This document shows, piece by piece, positions 15,982 through 24,746 of a DNA stretch of 32,000 bases. Numbering within the stretch: the first letter of the stretch is position 1; the number at the start of each line of letters is the position of its first letter. Under the pieces are notes generated by a model. It was not told the DNA's origin. It was given only the letters and a program-made list of their open reading frames with translations, and did not search any database. The translations under genes were made by a program, and so were the position numbers. The stretch is from Planctopirus limnophila DSM 3776 (GTDB lineage Bacteria > Planctomycetota > Planctomycetia > Planctomycetales > Planctomycetaceae), in contig NC_014148.1 in the NCBI RefSeq assembly GCF_000092105.1, positions 90,001 through 122,000 of the forward strand, read 5' to 3'.

Positions 15982-18105
15982 ATGGCAGGTATCAAAGGTT
16001 TGAATTTCAAATCGCTGCTGGTCGATCATGGCGAGAAAATCGTACTGGCCGGTATTGGCCTGCTGGTGCTGGGTGTGTGGGGAACCACCTCCTGGAGCCG
16101 GACAGAGAAATCGCCGGATGAGATCATCAAGAAGGCCACCAATTCGAAAACGAATATCGATGCGGGTGTGTGGCCTGTGGAGAAAGCCAACGAGTTTGCG
16201 ATTGTGGCTTACCAGGATCGTGCCTCTCAGCTGTTGAAGCCGATGGAGTCGGTCGCCGCTTACGAGTTTTCGACACCTCTCTACCATCCGCTTTATCGCA
16301 AGCAGGAGCAGATTAAGGAACCAGAATGGTTGCCTGTGGCCGACCTGATTGCCGATGCCGGGACAGCGATCATCGCGATTAACAAAGGCCTCGATGTCAC
16401 TCTCGCGGAAACAGAAACCGGGGATTTGACCAAGGCCAGTGAAGAAGAAGTCAACACGGAATTCGCGATTCGTTCTGGCGTCGGCGGAACAGCAGCCGGC
16501 GGCCCGGGTGCATCGGGCGCGGAAACTCCTGTCGGCAGCTACAGTCCGCCACCCGTTTCCGAATCGACCTTTGGCAGTTCGTCTCCATATGGTTTGGATG
16601 GCAGCGTCGGCGGCACAGTTTCGAGCGTCGAAGCTCGCGGCGTGCGCTATGTCGCTGTGCGCGGCATTGTTCCTTTGCAGCAGCAGGTGGCCAAGCTTCA
16701 GAAAGCACTGAACCTGCAGAGCCTCACGGAAGCCGAGCAGTATCTTGAACTCCTCGACTTCAAGCTGGAACGTCAGGAGGCCGTCGCTGGCGACAACCCG
16801 TGGGTCGGGAAGTGGGAAGCGGTCGATATGGTGGCCGACTCACAGATTCTGGCGGAATCGCCCAACTTCGATATTGATCCCTTCGATGCCCGCATCTCAG
16901 ATGCGACGATCACCGCCCCACTCCCGTTGAGGCTGATGGGGTACTGGGGCGAACATGCGACACATCCGAAAGTCCGAAATTTCACTTTAAGCCCGGAAGA
17001 GCGTGCCAAGCAGGAGCGATTCCTCGATAAGGTTGTCGAAACTGCGACAAAAGAGCGGGCCCTGCTGGAACAATCCCAGAAGCCACAAAGGCGCGGGTTT
17101 GCCGTCGTGCAGCGGGATTTGCGAGCCTTGCAAGGGGCGATTATGTCGTCGAGCAGTTCTGACCAGATTCTGGGAACAATGTCGACGATGATGGCAGTGC
17201 CTGGCAGCCCTGCGATGACATCTCAACAGCTCAAAAAGATGCTCGACACGGCGGGTGGCCGGTTGCTGCTGTTCCGATATCTGGACCTGCAGGTGAAGCC
17301 GGGCCGCGCCTATCGCTACCGCGTGAAGCTGCTCTTTACGAATCCGAACTACAATCTGCCAATTGAACAGATCGTGGATCCTTCGGTCGCTGCGGGAGCC
17401 GAGCGGGAATCACCCTGGAGCACGATTTCGAATCCAGCAGTGGTTCCTGGGGATGTCAAATACTTCCTGGCTGGAAGTGAACGTGATCCCGTCCGCGACG
17501 TGACCCGCTCGATTCGTAAAGCCGTGGCCAATATGAGTGTCTACCAGTGGGATGCCAAACTCGGATCACTCCTGAATTCCACGCTCGATCTCACCTCGGT
17601 CGGCCAGGTCATCAAAGAGACCAAGAAGGTGAAGAGGGCCGATCTGGGGAATGGCACGTATGAAGATGCCGACATCGTGATCGGCACCACAGACCTGCTG
17701 CTGGACGTCGCCGCGGATGTCGAAGTCAACGTGACCTTACAGTCCAAGCTGCCTGTCCACATGGCTGAACTGGGACTGACTCCCGTCAGTGGCAAACTCA
17801 ATTTTGGCTTGCTGCCTGAAGCTGTCGTTGTCAATGAAGCGGGTCAAATGGAATTTATTGATTCCAAGACCAACCAGAAACAGGAAGACGAGCTGAAGCG
17901 CAGGTATGAGGGCGAGAAAAAAGAGTATGAGAAATTCAAGCCGCCCGAAGTAGCTGACCCACTTCTGGGCCCGGGTGGTGGCGAGGAGAGTAGTTATGTT
18001 CCGCCAGGTATGGGAGATCCGACGGCGCGAAAAGTGAGTTCCAAGAAGATTCGCACGAATCGCAAGGGCCAGCCGGGCATGGGATCGAGCCCACCCGCCC
18101 CATGA
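15982..18105 (+). CDS. Bitopic membrane protein of unknown function, third gene of the pilM-like operon
   Basis: AAGGGGA lies about 7 nt before the ATG. One N-terminal TM (IVLAGIGLLVLGVWGTTSW) is followed by a large extracytoplasmic part with Gly/Ser-rich inserts. The gene is 707 aa, on the same strand, and 104 nt after the previous gene. Confidence 0.7.
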   Translation: MAGIKGLNFKSLLVDHGEKIVLAGIGLLVLGVWGTTSWSRTEKSPDEIIKKATNSKTNIDAGVWPVEKANEFAIVAYQDRASQLLKPMESVAAYEFSTPLYHPLYRKQEQIKEPEWLPVADLIADAGTAIIAINKGLDVTLAETETGDLTKASEEEVNTEFAIRSGVGGTAAGGPGASGAETPVGSYSPPPVSESTFGSSSPYGLDGSVGGTVSSVEARGVRYVAVRGIVPLQQQVAKLQKALNLQSLTEAEQYLELLDFKLERQEAVAGDNPWVGKWEAVDMVADSQILAESPNFDIDPFDARISDATITAPLPLRLMGYWGEHATHPKVRNFTLSPEERAKQERFLDKVVETATKERALLEQSQKPQRRGFAVVQRDLRALQGAIMSSSSSDQILGTMSTMMAVPGSPAMTSQQLKKMLDTAGGRLLLFRYLDLQVKPGRAYRYRVKLLFTNPNYNLPIEQIVDPSVAAGAERESPWSTISNPAVVPGDVKYFLAGSERDPVRDVTRSIRKAVANMSVYQWDAKLGSLLNSTLDLTSVGQVIKETKKVKRADLGNGTYEDADIVIGTTDLLLDVAADVEVNVTLQSKLPVHMAELGLTPVSGKLNFGLLPEAVVVNEAGQMEFIDSKTNQKQEDELKRRYEGEKKEYEKFKPPEVADPLLGPGGGEESSYVPPGMGDPTARKVSSKKIRTNRKGQPGMGSSPPAP

Positions 18106-18157
18106 ACACACACAGTGTGACTCGCGATTATAAATCCTAGATGAATAAAGACCTTAT

Positions 18158-18200
18158 GGCCCGGCTCATGGTGTAGATCCCATGAGCTGGGCCAATTTTC
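18158..18200 (+). terminator. Intrinsic terminator of the pilM-like operon
   Basis: 14-bp stem GGCCCGGCTCATGG / CCATGAGCTGGGCC (one G-U pair), 8-nt loop, then AATTTTCT. It lies 53 nt after the stop at 18105. Confidence 0.65.
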
Positions 18201-18464
18201 TGGATAGGTTGAACCGGCGTATCCCTGCCTGGTCCATGAACTTCCCGATCTCTCCGGGAATGCGGATCGGTAACACTTGGAGCGGGGGCGTTCCGTTCGT
18301 TATGCTCTGGAACAACGAATTTCCCGGCTGGTGCTGATTCTGAACTTACTGATCGGGAAATTGATGATCTGCGGGGATGCGACTTCGCCTTTGAGGTGCC
18401 AGTTCTCTTCGCAGTCACTCCACAATATTCCCTTACTTCCTTTGCGTCTGGAAAGTCCTCCGCC

Positions 18465-19634
18465 ATGTACGATGTCACGCTGATTCCCGGAGATGGTGTC
18501 GGTCCCGAAATCGCAGAAGCCACGCGTCGCTGTGTGGAATCCACCGGCGTCAAAATCAATTGGGACGTCCAGGAATGTGGCATTGAAGTGATCGAAAAGG
18601 TCGGCAAGGTTCCCGAATCGGTACTGACTTCGATCCGCAAAAACAAAGTGGCTCTCAAAGCACCGATCACCACACCCATCGGCAAAGGCTTCCGCAGTGT
18701 CAACGTCTTCCTGCGACAGGAACTTGGCCTTTACGCCTGCGTACGCCCCTGTAAGACCTATAAGGGCGTTCGCAGCTACTTCTCGAATACACCCGTCGAT
18801 CTGGTGGTGGTTCGTGAGAACACCGAAGACCTTTACGCCGGTGTCGAATTCCAGGCAGGTCTGCCCGCAACCAAAGAACTGATCGAAGTGATCAATCGTC
18901 TGGCGACTGGCAAAAAAATCGGGACTGGCCTCGATACCACCGGCGTGAGCATCAAGCCCATGTCCTACGAGGGGACTCGAGACATCGCCAACTACGCCTT
19001 CCAGTACGCCGTCGATAATGGCCGTAAATCGGTCACTTCGGTCTGCAAGGCGAATATCATGAAGTTTACCGATGGTCTGTGGTACGACGAATCACGGGCT
19101 GTCGCCAAGGCATACAATGCCAAGTTCGAGCAGCCAGAACTCGCCAAGGATGCTGATCCTGTTCTCGCCGGAAAAGTGGCTGATGGCAGCCATCTGCATT
19201 ACATGGAACGTCTCATTGACAACATGTGCATGCAACTGGTGCAGAAGCCCGAACTCTACGATGTCATTCTCCTGCCCAACCTCTATGGCGATATCCTCAG
19301 TGACCTGTGTGCAGGCCTCGTCGGTGGCCTGGGTGTCGCACCGGGAGCCAACATCGGCCCCGATTCGGCGATCTTCGAAGCCACGCACGGAAGTGCCCCC
19401 AAGTACAAAGGCCAGAACAAGGTCAACCCCGTGGCACTCATTCTGTCGGCCAAGCTGATGCTCGAACATCTGGGAGAAAAGTCTGCTGCCGAGCGACTCG
19501 AAAAGGCCGTGGCCGCTGTCATCGAAGAAGGCAAAGATGTCACTTATGACATGAAAGCCAACCGCAATGATCCCACGGCTGTCGGCACACAGCAGATGGC
19601 TGACGCAATCTGCCGTAAAGTTCAGTCGCTGTAG
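18465..19634 (+). CDS. icd: Isocitrate dehydrogenase
   Basis: Motifs [57 protein letters not shown]...[15 protein letters not shown] (compare E. coli Icd KGNIMKFTEGAF) and [19 protein letters not shown]. The GTG at 18396 is an alternative start. Confidence 0.85.
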   Translation: MYDVTLIPGDGVGPEIAEATRRCVESTGVKINWDVQECGIEVIEKVGKVPESVLTSIRKNKVALKAPITTPIGKGFRSVNVFLRQELGLYACVRPCKTYKGVRSYFSNTPVDLVVVRENTEDLYAGVEFQAGLPATKELIEVINRLATGKKIGTGLDTTGVSIKPMSYEGTRDIANYAFQYAVDNGRKSVTSVCKANIMKFTDGLWYDESRAVAKAYNAKFEQPELAKDADPVLAGKVADGSHLHYMERLIDNMCMQLVQKPELYDVILLPNLYGDILSDLCAGLVGGLGVAPGANIGPDSAIFEATHGSAPKYKGQNKVNPVALILSAKLMLEHLGEKSAAERLEKAVAAVIEEGKDVTYDMKANRNDPTAVGTQQMADAICRKVQSL

Positions 19635-19640
19635 TGATGC

Positions 19641-19681
19641 AGCGTTCTCTATCCTGGCAACCAGAAACTTTAGAGAACGCT
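19641..19681 (+). terminator. Hairpin after icd (possible terminator, no U-tract)
   Basis: 11-bp perfect stem AGCGTTCTCTA / TAGAGAACGCT with a 19-nt loop, starting 7 nt after the icd stop. A second 7-bp hairpin CCGGGAT/ATCCCGG is at 19697-19726. Confidence 0.4.
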
Positions 19682-19937
19682 TGAGAATGAAATGAACCGG
19701 GATTCAACAATCGCGTTGGATCCCGGCGCTTTCGAGAGCATCGTCGACGAGATTTGAACTGTTGAGTACAGGTCGCTTGAAGGCCCGGAGGCAGTCAACT
19801 TCTGGTACGGCGTTCATCCGAAATTTGAAAGGTTATCTCTGGCCTCGAGGGCATGATTTCCCTTCTGGCAAGAGAGAAAGTGATTTGCTGGTGGATAACT
19901 GCTGGCTGAGCACTTTCTGTGGAAAGTAGCACTGTTT

Positions 19938-20912
19938 ATGGATATGTCAGCTCCCCCCAGCCAGGCATGGGTTGTTCGCTATGGCGTGACGCGTCTGCTG
20001 GGAGAGTTCGTCATTCGCGGGCCGCACATTCCTGTCTCTCGCGGCACCCAGGTGATTGTACGCTCAGATCGCGGGACGGAATGGGGCGAAGTGCTCTGTG
20101 CTGCGTCCGAGAGTACTCGAGAGTGGCTGGGAATCGATAAGGAAACTGGTCGAATCTTAAGACTGCCGACCCTCGATGATGAGCGGCATAAAGACCGTGT
20201 GGCTCAACTGGAAGTCGAAGAATTCAACAGTTGCAAGCAATTGATCGGTGAAATGTCTCTGCAGATGCAGCTCGTCGATACCGAGCACGTCTTTGGCGGT
20301 GAACGAATCGTTTTTTACTATGTCTCGGAGCAGCGGATTGACTTCCGTGAACTGGTCAAAGTCCTGGCCAAAAGGCATCAATCGCGCATTGAAATGCGGC
20401 AGATTGGAATTCGGGATGAAGCTCGCCTGCTCGCCGATTACGGCGATTGCGGCAAGCCCGTCTGTTGTAATACGCACCTCAAGGAAATGCCCCCAGTTTC
20501 GATGAAGATGGCCAAGCTGCAGAAGGCCACTCTCGATCCCTCGAAAATCTCCGGGCGCTGCGGTCGGCTCAAATGCTGCCTGCGATACGAATACGATACT
20601 TACGAAGAACATCGCAAAGAACTCCCTCCCATTGGTGCGACAGTCGTGACCAAACTGGGCCAGGGTAGAGTCGTCGCTCAGGAACTGCTGGCTAAGAAGC
20701 TGATGGTGGCTTACGAAGGCCAGCGGACAGTGCTGACCGATCAGAAAGAGATCATCACCGTGGTCGGGAAAAAGGGGCTGCCGGCGGCTGTCGAGCGGGA
20801 AATCGAAGAGGAGGAGGCGGAGGAATTCATGCAGTCCGAATCTTCCCGACCACCTCGCCCGCAGCGCCCTCCTCGCAATCCCTCAGAGAATCGAAACCAG
20901 CCTGATCGCTGA
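19938..20912 (+). CDS. PSP1 C-terminal domain protein (YaaT/RicT-like)
   Basis: Cys-rich PSP1 core CGKPVCCNTHLKEMPPVSMKMAKLQKATLDPSKISGRCGRLKCCLRYEYDTY, with an acidic then Pro/Arg-rich tail. Confidence 0.85.
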   Translation: MDMSAPPSQAWVVRYGVTRLLGEFVIRGPHIPVSRGTQVIVRSDRGTEWGEVLCAASESTREWLGIDKETGRILRLPTLDDERHKDRVAQLEVEEFNSCKQLIGEMSLQMQLVDTEHVFGGERIVFYYVSEQRIDFRELVKVLAKRHQSRIEMRQIGIRDEARLLADYGDCGKPVCCNTHLKEMPPVSMKMAKLQKATLDPSKISGRCGRLKCCLRYEYDTYEEHRKELPPIGATVVTKLGQGRVVAQELLAKKLMVAYEGQRTVLTDQKEIITVVGKKGLPAAVEREIEEEEAEEFMQSESSRPPRPQRPPRNPSENRNQPDR

Positions 20913-20970
20913 ACTTGCCTCATGATGAGCAGGCCGTCATTTCCCACAAGGACCAACACTGGAACATGCG

Positions 20971-21582
20971 ATGAGGATTGGCCTGTACGGAGGGACGTTC
21001 GACCCCGTTCATCTGGCACATCTGGTGCTGGCGGAGACCTGCCGGGAAAAATTGCAACTGGATCAAGTCTGGTTCATACCGGCCTATCAACCTCCGCATA
21101 AGCCGGGGCGCGTCATCCTGGAGCCGAAGCACCGCATTCAGATGCTCAAGCTGGCCGTTGTGGGCATGCCTTGTTTCAAAGTCGAGCCGGTTGAAATCCA
21201 GCGTGGAGAAATCTCTTACACAGTCGACACTTTGCGTCAGCTACAGCAGCTTCACCCGCAGCATGAGTTTTTCCTCCTCATGGGTGCGGATTCGCTGGCC
21301 ATGCTCCATACCTGGAAAGAGCCCCAGGCGTTATTCGATCTAGCCACAATCGCGGTGGTAAATCGAGGGAAGGAACCCGCTCCGGGAGTTGAGGATCTTG
21401 GCGAGCTCAAATCTCTCGTGGGCGAAGCGGCTCTCGCGAAAATACTCCATGTTCGCATGCCCGGGATGGATCTCAGTGCCACCACTTTGCGTGAGAACGT
21501 CGCTCAGCGGCAGAGCATTCGATTTCTCGTGCCTCGCGCCGTCGAAGCCTACATCGAGGCCAATCACTGCTATCGGAGCTGA
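20971..21582 (+). CDS. nadD: Nicotinate-nucleotide adenylyltransferase
   Basis: MRIGLYGGTFDPVHLAHL (nucleotidyltransferase HxGH-type motif) and LSATTLRE (ISSTxxR-type motif). The 203-aa size is typical. Confidence 0.9.
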   Translation: MRIGLYGGTFDPVHLAHLVLAETCREKLQLDQVWFIPAYQPPHKPGRVILEPKHRIQMLKLAVVGMPCFKVEPVEIQRGEISYTVDTLRQLQQLHPQHEFFLLMGADSLAMLHTWKEPQALFDLATIAVVNRGKEPAPGVEDLGELKSLVGEAALAKILHVRMPGMDLSATTLRENVAQRQSIRFLVPRAVEAYIEANHCYRS

Positions 21583-21845
21583 AAACGCGACGAAGCTTCG
21601 AATCGCTCATTGATGAAGTGACGCTGCTGCTGTTTTTGTCGCTTAAGCCTGTTCCGAAGCAGGCAAATCGTGTCGAGAAGGGCTTGCCCTCTTTGTTTCG
21701 CCTGGCAATTTGATTACCCTTCAGCAGTGCGGTGAATGCCACTGGTTTCTTCACTCGGCGAGTTGTCGGCATAGGGCCTTCATCTCAACAAGTCGAATGC
21801 TTCACCAGTTCGGGCAGATTGAGACTTTTCTTTCCGAGAAATGGA

Positions 21846-23648
21846 ATGCAACGCTTACTGTCTCTCCTTCAGTACTCGCTGCTTTGGGGCATCCTGGTCT
21901 CTGGCAGCATGTGCCTGTTTCAGGGCGAAGCTCTGGCACAAGGTGGCGCTGTCACCACAGCCGCTCCCTCGACTTATCCACCTGTCCCAGGAGGCCTTTT
22001 CTACCGCGGTAATAACCCCACCCAGCCGGGTTCTGCGGGATATTACTTCAGCCTCCCGATGCTCATCTTCTCACTGTCGCTGGTCACGCTGATGGTCTGG
22101 ACCTTGGGCTGGATTGCTGATGATGCGCGCAGTCTGAAGGTCCGCCCCGAGTTCTGGAATACGCTGGGTTTACTCGTCGCCGCCGCCGCTGTGCTGATTT
22201 TGTATCTCGGGCCGACACCGCTGGTGGCCGTCCTCGGATTTCTGATCTGCTATGCCGGTTTACTGGGAGGCTATGCTCCCGAACGTAACCGCAAGGTTCC
22301 TGAGAACTCGAAGATCCTTACGCCCTATCATCTCCAGACCATCGCCATACGCGGCCTGGCACGCCTCGGGATTGAAGTGGGTGGCAAGAAAGCGGTCCAT
22401 GCCGCCATGGGGCCACCCATCACGTTTATCGGGAAGTCGAATAAAGGGGCTGGCGAGGTCGATCGATCGAGGCAAGTCGAAAGCAGCCGAGGCTACACTT
22501 CCGCTCGGGAACTTGTCTACGACGCCATTCTTCGCCGGGCGACCGATATTCACCTCGAGCCCAAAGACGACGAATTCGCCGTCCGGCTGCGCGTCGACGG
22601 AGTGATGTTCCCCGCCGAACCATTCGATCGACCCACCGGCGAATCGGTCGTGAATATTTTCAAAGTGCTCGGAGCGATGGATATCACCGAACGCCGCAAG
22701 CCACAGGACGGCAGCTTCCGTGCCGAGACCGAAGGTCGCGAAATTGACTTTCGCGTCGCCACGCAGGGTACACAGTTCGGCGAGAAGATGTCGCTGCGTA
22801 TTCTCGATGGTGGTTCAACAGTCCGCCGCCTGGCAGATCTAGGCATGCGCAAGCAGTTGATCGAGCAGATCGTAGGAATTGTCCAACAACCCCACGGATT
22901 GTTCCTCTCCTGCGGGCCAACTGGTGCCGGTAAATCGACCACACTTTATGCGGCTCTCCAGGAAATCAACCGCTACGAAAACAACATCATCACTGTCGAA
23001 GATCCCGTCGAATACAAGATGGATGGTGTGACCCAGATCGAAATCAATCAAAAAGCGGGGCAGACCTTTGCGGCCTCTTTGCGCAGTATTCTTCGCCAGG
23101 ATCCCGATGTGGTGATGCTGGGCGAAATTCGTGATGGAGAAACCGCCAAGATCGCCTGTCAGGCAGCCAACACCGGACACATGGTCTTCTCGACAGTTCA
23201 CGCCAACGACACGATTACAGCCCTCTCGCGTCTGATCGATCTGGGTGTCGAACCGTTCCTCCTCTCCGATTCGCTCTCAGCCATTCTCGGCCAGCGGCTC
23301 TGTCGCAAATTGTGCGACGACTGCAAAGAGTCGTACAAGCCCTCCGCCGATCAACTGGAAAAGATCGGTCTCCCCGCCGAGAAAGCCGGTGTGTTCTACC
23401 GCCCGCCCAAGGATGGTACCGATGCCTGCCCGACTTGCAGTGGCATGGGATACATGGGACGAATCGGCGTTTTTGAATTGCTGGTGATCAACGATCGCAT
23501 CCGAGACCTGCTGCGGGAATCGCCGAACATGACATCTGTCCGGGCCGAAGCCCGTAAACAGGGCATGCTTTACATGCGAGAAGAAGGCCTGCGACTGGTT
23601 CTCAAAGGAACAACAAGCCTCGAAGAACTTCTCCGCGTGGTGAAGTAA
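21846..23648 (+). CDS. GspE/PilB-family secretion ATPase with an N-terminal polytopic membrane domain
   Basis: The core carries ATDIHLEP, Walker A GPTGAGKST, DPDVVMLGEIRD, His box GHMVFSTVHAND and tetra-Cys CRKLCDDC...CPTCSGMG. The N-terminal ~190 aa hold a signal-like helix plus three TM helices. The start was chosen at MQRLLSLL (ATG 21846); the ORF is open from 21732. Confidence 0.85.
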   Translation: MQRLLSLLQYSLLWGILVSGSMCLFQGEALAQGGAVTTAAPSTYPPVPGGLFYRGNNPTQPGSAGYYFSLPMLIFSLSLVTLMVWTLGWIADDARSLKVRPEFWNTLGLLVAAAAVLILYLGPTPLVAVLGFLICYAGLLGGYAPERNRKVPENSKILTPYHLQTIAIRGLARLGIEVGGKKAVHAAMGPPITFIGKSNKGAGEVDRSRQVESSRGYTSARELVYDAILRRATDIHLEPKDDEFAVRLRVDGVMFPAEPFDRPTGESVVNIFKVLGAMDITERRKPQDGSFRAETEGREIDFRVATQGTQFGEKMSLRILDGGSTVRRLADLGMRKQLIEQIVGIVQQPHGLFLSCGPTGAGKSTTLYAALQEINRYENNIITVEDPVEYKMDGVTQIEINQKAGQTFAASLRSILRQDPDVVMLGEIRDGETAKIACQAANTGHMVFSTVHANDTITALSRLIDLGVEPFLLSDSLSAILGQRLCRKLCDDCKESYKPSADQLEKIGLPAEKAGVFYRPPKDGTDACPTCSGMGYMGRIGVFELLVINDRIRDLLRESPNMTSVRAEARKQGMLYMREEGLRLVLKGTTSLEELLRVVK

Positions 23649-23735
23649 TCTTCCTCGAACCTGACGATCTGCCTCCCTCGATTCTGTTGATTGATGTTGA
23701 TCTGCTTCATTTCGTGAACTACAGGGCGAACAGCC

Positions 23736-24410
23736 ATGATTGATATTCTGCTTCTGGCCATTCTGGGGGTTGTCACCTGGTGTGTCGCCAGTGACGGTGC
23801 CTGGTCGGCAGTGATCACTTTTCTATGCACGTTGATCGCCGGCCTGATTGCCATGAATTTCTTCGAGCCCGTAGCGATTCTGCTGGAAGGAATCTCACCC
23901 TTTTTTGCCAATCGTGCCGACATGATTGCACTGCTGGGACTCTTTATCGCGGCATTATTCGCTTTGCGTGTCGGCTTTGAACAACTGGTGAAGCTACACG
24001 TCGAAGTCGCCCCCATGGCTCATGAACCCATTCGCTGGGCCTTTGCGTTTTTTACAGGCTATGTGAGCATGGCCTTCCTGCTGACAGCTCTGCACACTGC
24101 CCCTTTACCCCGCGAGTTTTTAGGATTTCGCGCCGAGCGTCCCAACTTCCTGGGCCTGGCCGCTCCTGATCGCCAATGGCTGGGTTTGACGCAGTTCGTT
24201 TCCGAACACGCCCTCGCACGCGGCGACGGCCATTCGTTCGATACGGCCCGCATGAAAGTCGCCAGCTATCCCAACAGCGAGTGGTCCTCATTCCCCATTC
24301 GTTATGCCACCCGCCGCGAACGATTTTCCACCGGGATGGGCGCTGCTGCCGCACCCGCACAACCTGTCACGACACCCGGCGCACCCGTCACCACCAACCC
24401 AGGGTTCTAG
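23736..24410 (+). CDS. CvpA-like 4-TM membrane protein
   Basis: MIDILLLAILGVVTWCVASDGAWSAVITFLCTLIAGLIAMNFFEP resembles CvpA-family N-termini. It starts 87 nt after the ATPase stop, and I saw no hairpin in between. Confidence 0.5.
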   Translation: MIDILLLAILGVVTWCVASDGAWSAVITFLCTLIAGLIAMNFFEPVAILLEGISPFFANRADMIALLGLFIAALFALRVGFEQLVKLHVEVAPMAHEPIRWAFAFFTGYVSMAFLLTALHTAPLPREFLGFRAERPNFLGLAAPDRQWLGLTQFVSEHALARGDGHSFDTARMKVASYPNSEWSSFPIRYATRRERFSTGMGAAAAPAQPVTTPGAPVTTNPGF

Positions 24411-24526
24411 GTCGCTCATCTCCCGACTTTCCAGACTCTTCCCCAACCTTTGTGCTCTTCGAGGCCTTCGTGGCGAACTCGCAGCTCATCGGATGCAATT
24501 TCCATGAGAAACAGCGCTCTTCGTGT

Positions 24527-24552
24527 CATGCTTGCAGCTCTGGGCAAGCATG
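24527..24552 (+). terminator. Hairpin after the CvpA-like gene
   Basis: 9-bp perfect stem CATGCTTGC / GCAAGCATG with an 8-nt loop, followed by TCTTC (weak U-tract). Confidence 0.35.
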
Positions 24553-24746
24553 TCTTCGCAGCCCATAACGCACTGTCGTTTCCTGAGAAACAGATCTCAA
24601 CTTGAAATGGCGAGTTGAAACCCGCTCAAATACATGTGCATGAAGGAGCTCGCTTGGCGATTAACAGCCTGCATCTCGACGGAGCACGCTGCTGATCAAA
24701 AGTGGCATTTTGCATGAGGGACGGTGCGTCCTCAGGAACCCGACGG

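Noticed and set aside
18137-18703. 188-aa minus-strand ORF overlapping the icd start
   Set aside because: It overlaps the conserved icd N-terminus ([11 protein letters not shown]) and spans the operon terminator. Its composition is Ser/Arg/Pro-rich junk.
21590-21615. CGAAGCTTCG 10-bp palindrome after nadD as a terminator
   Set aside because: It is a loop-less palindrome with no U-tract, and so not a credible intrinsic terminator.
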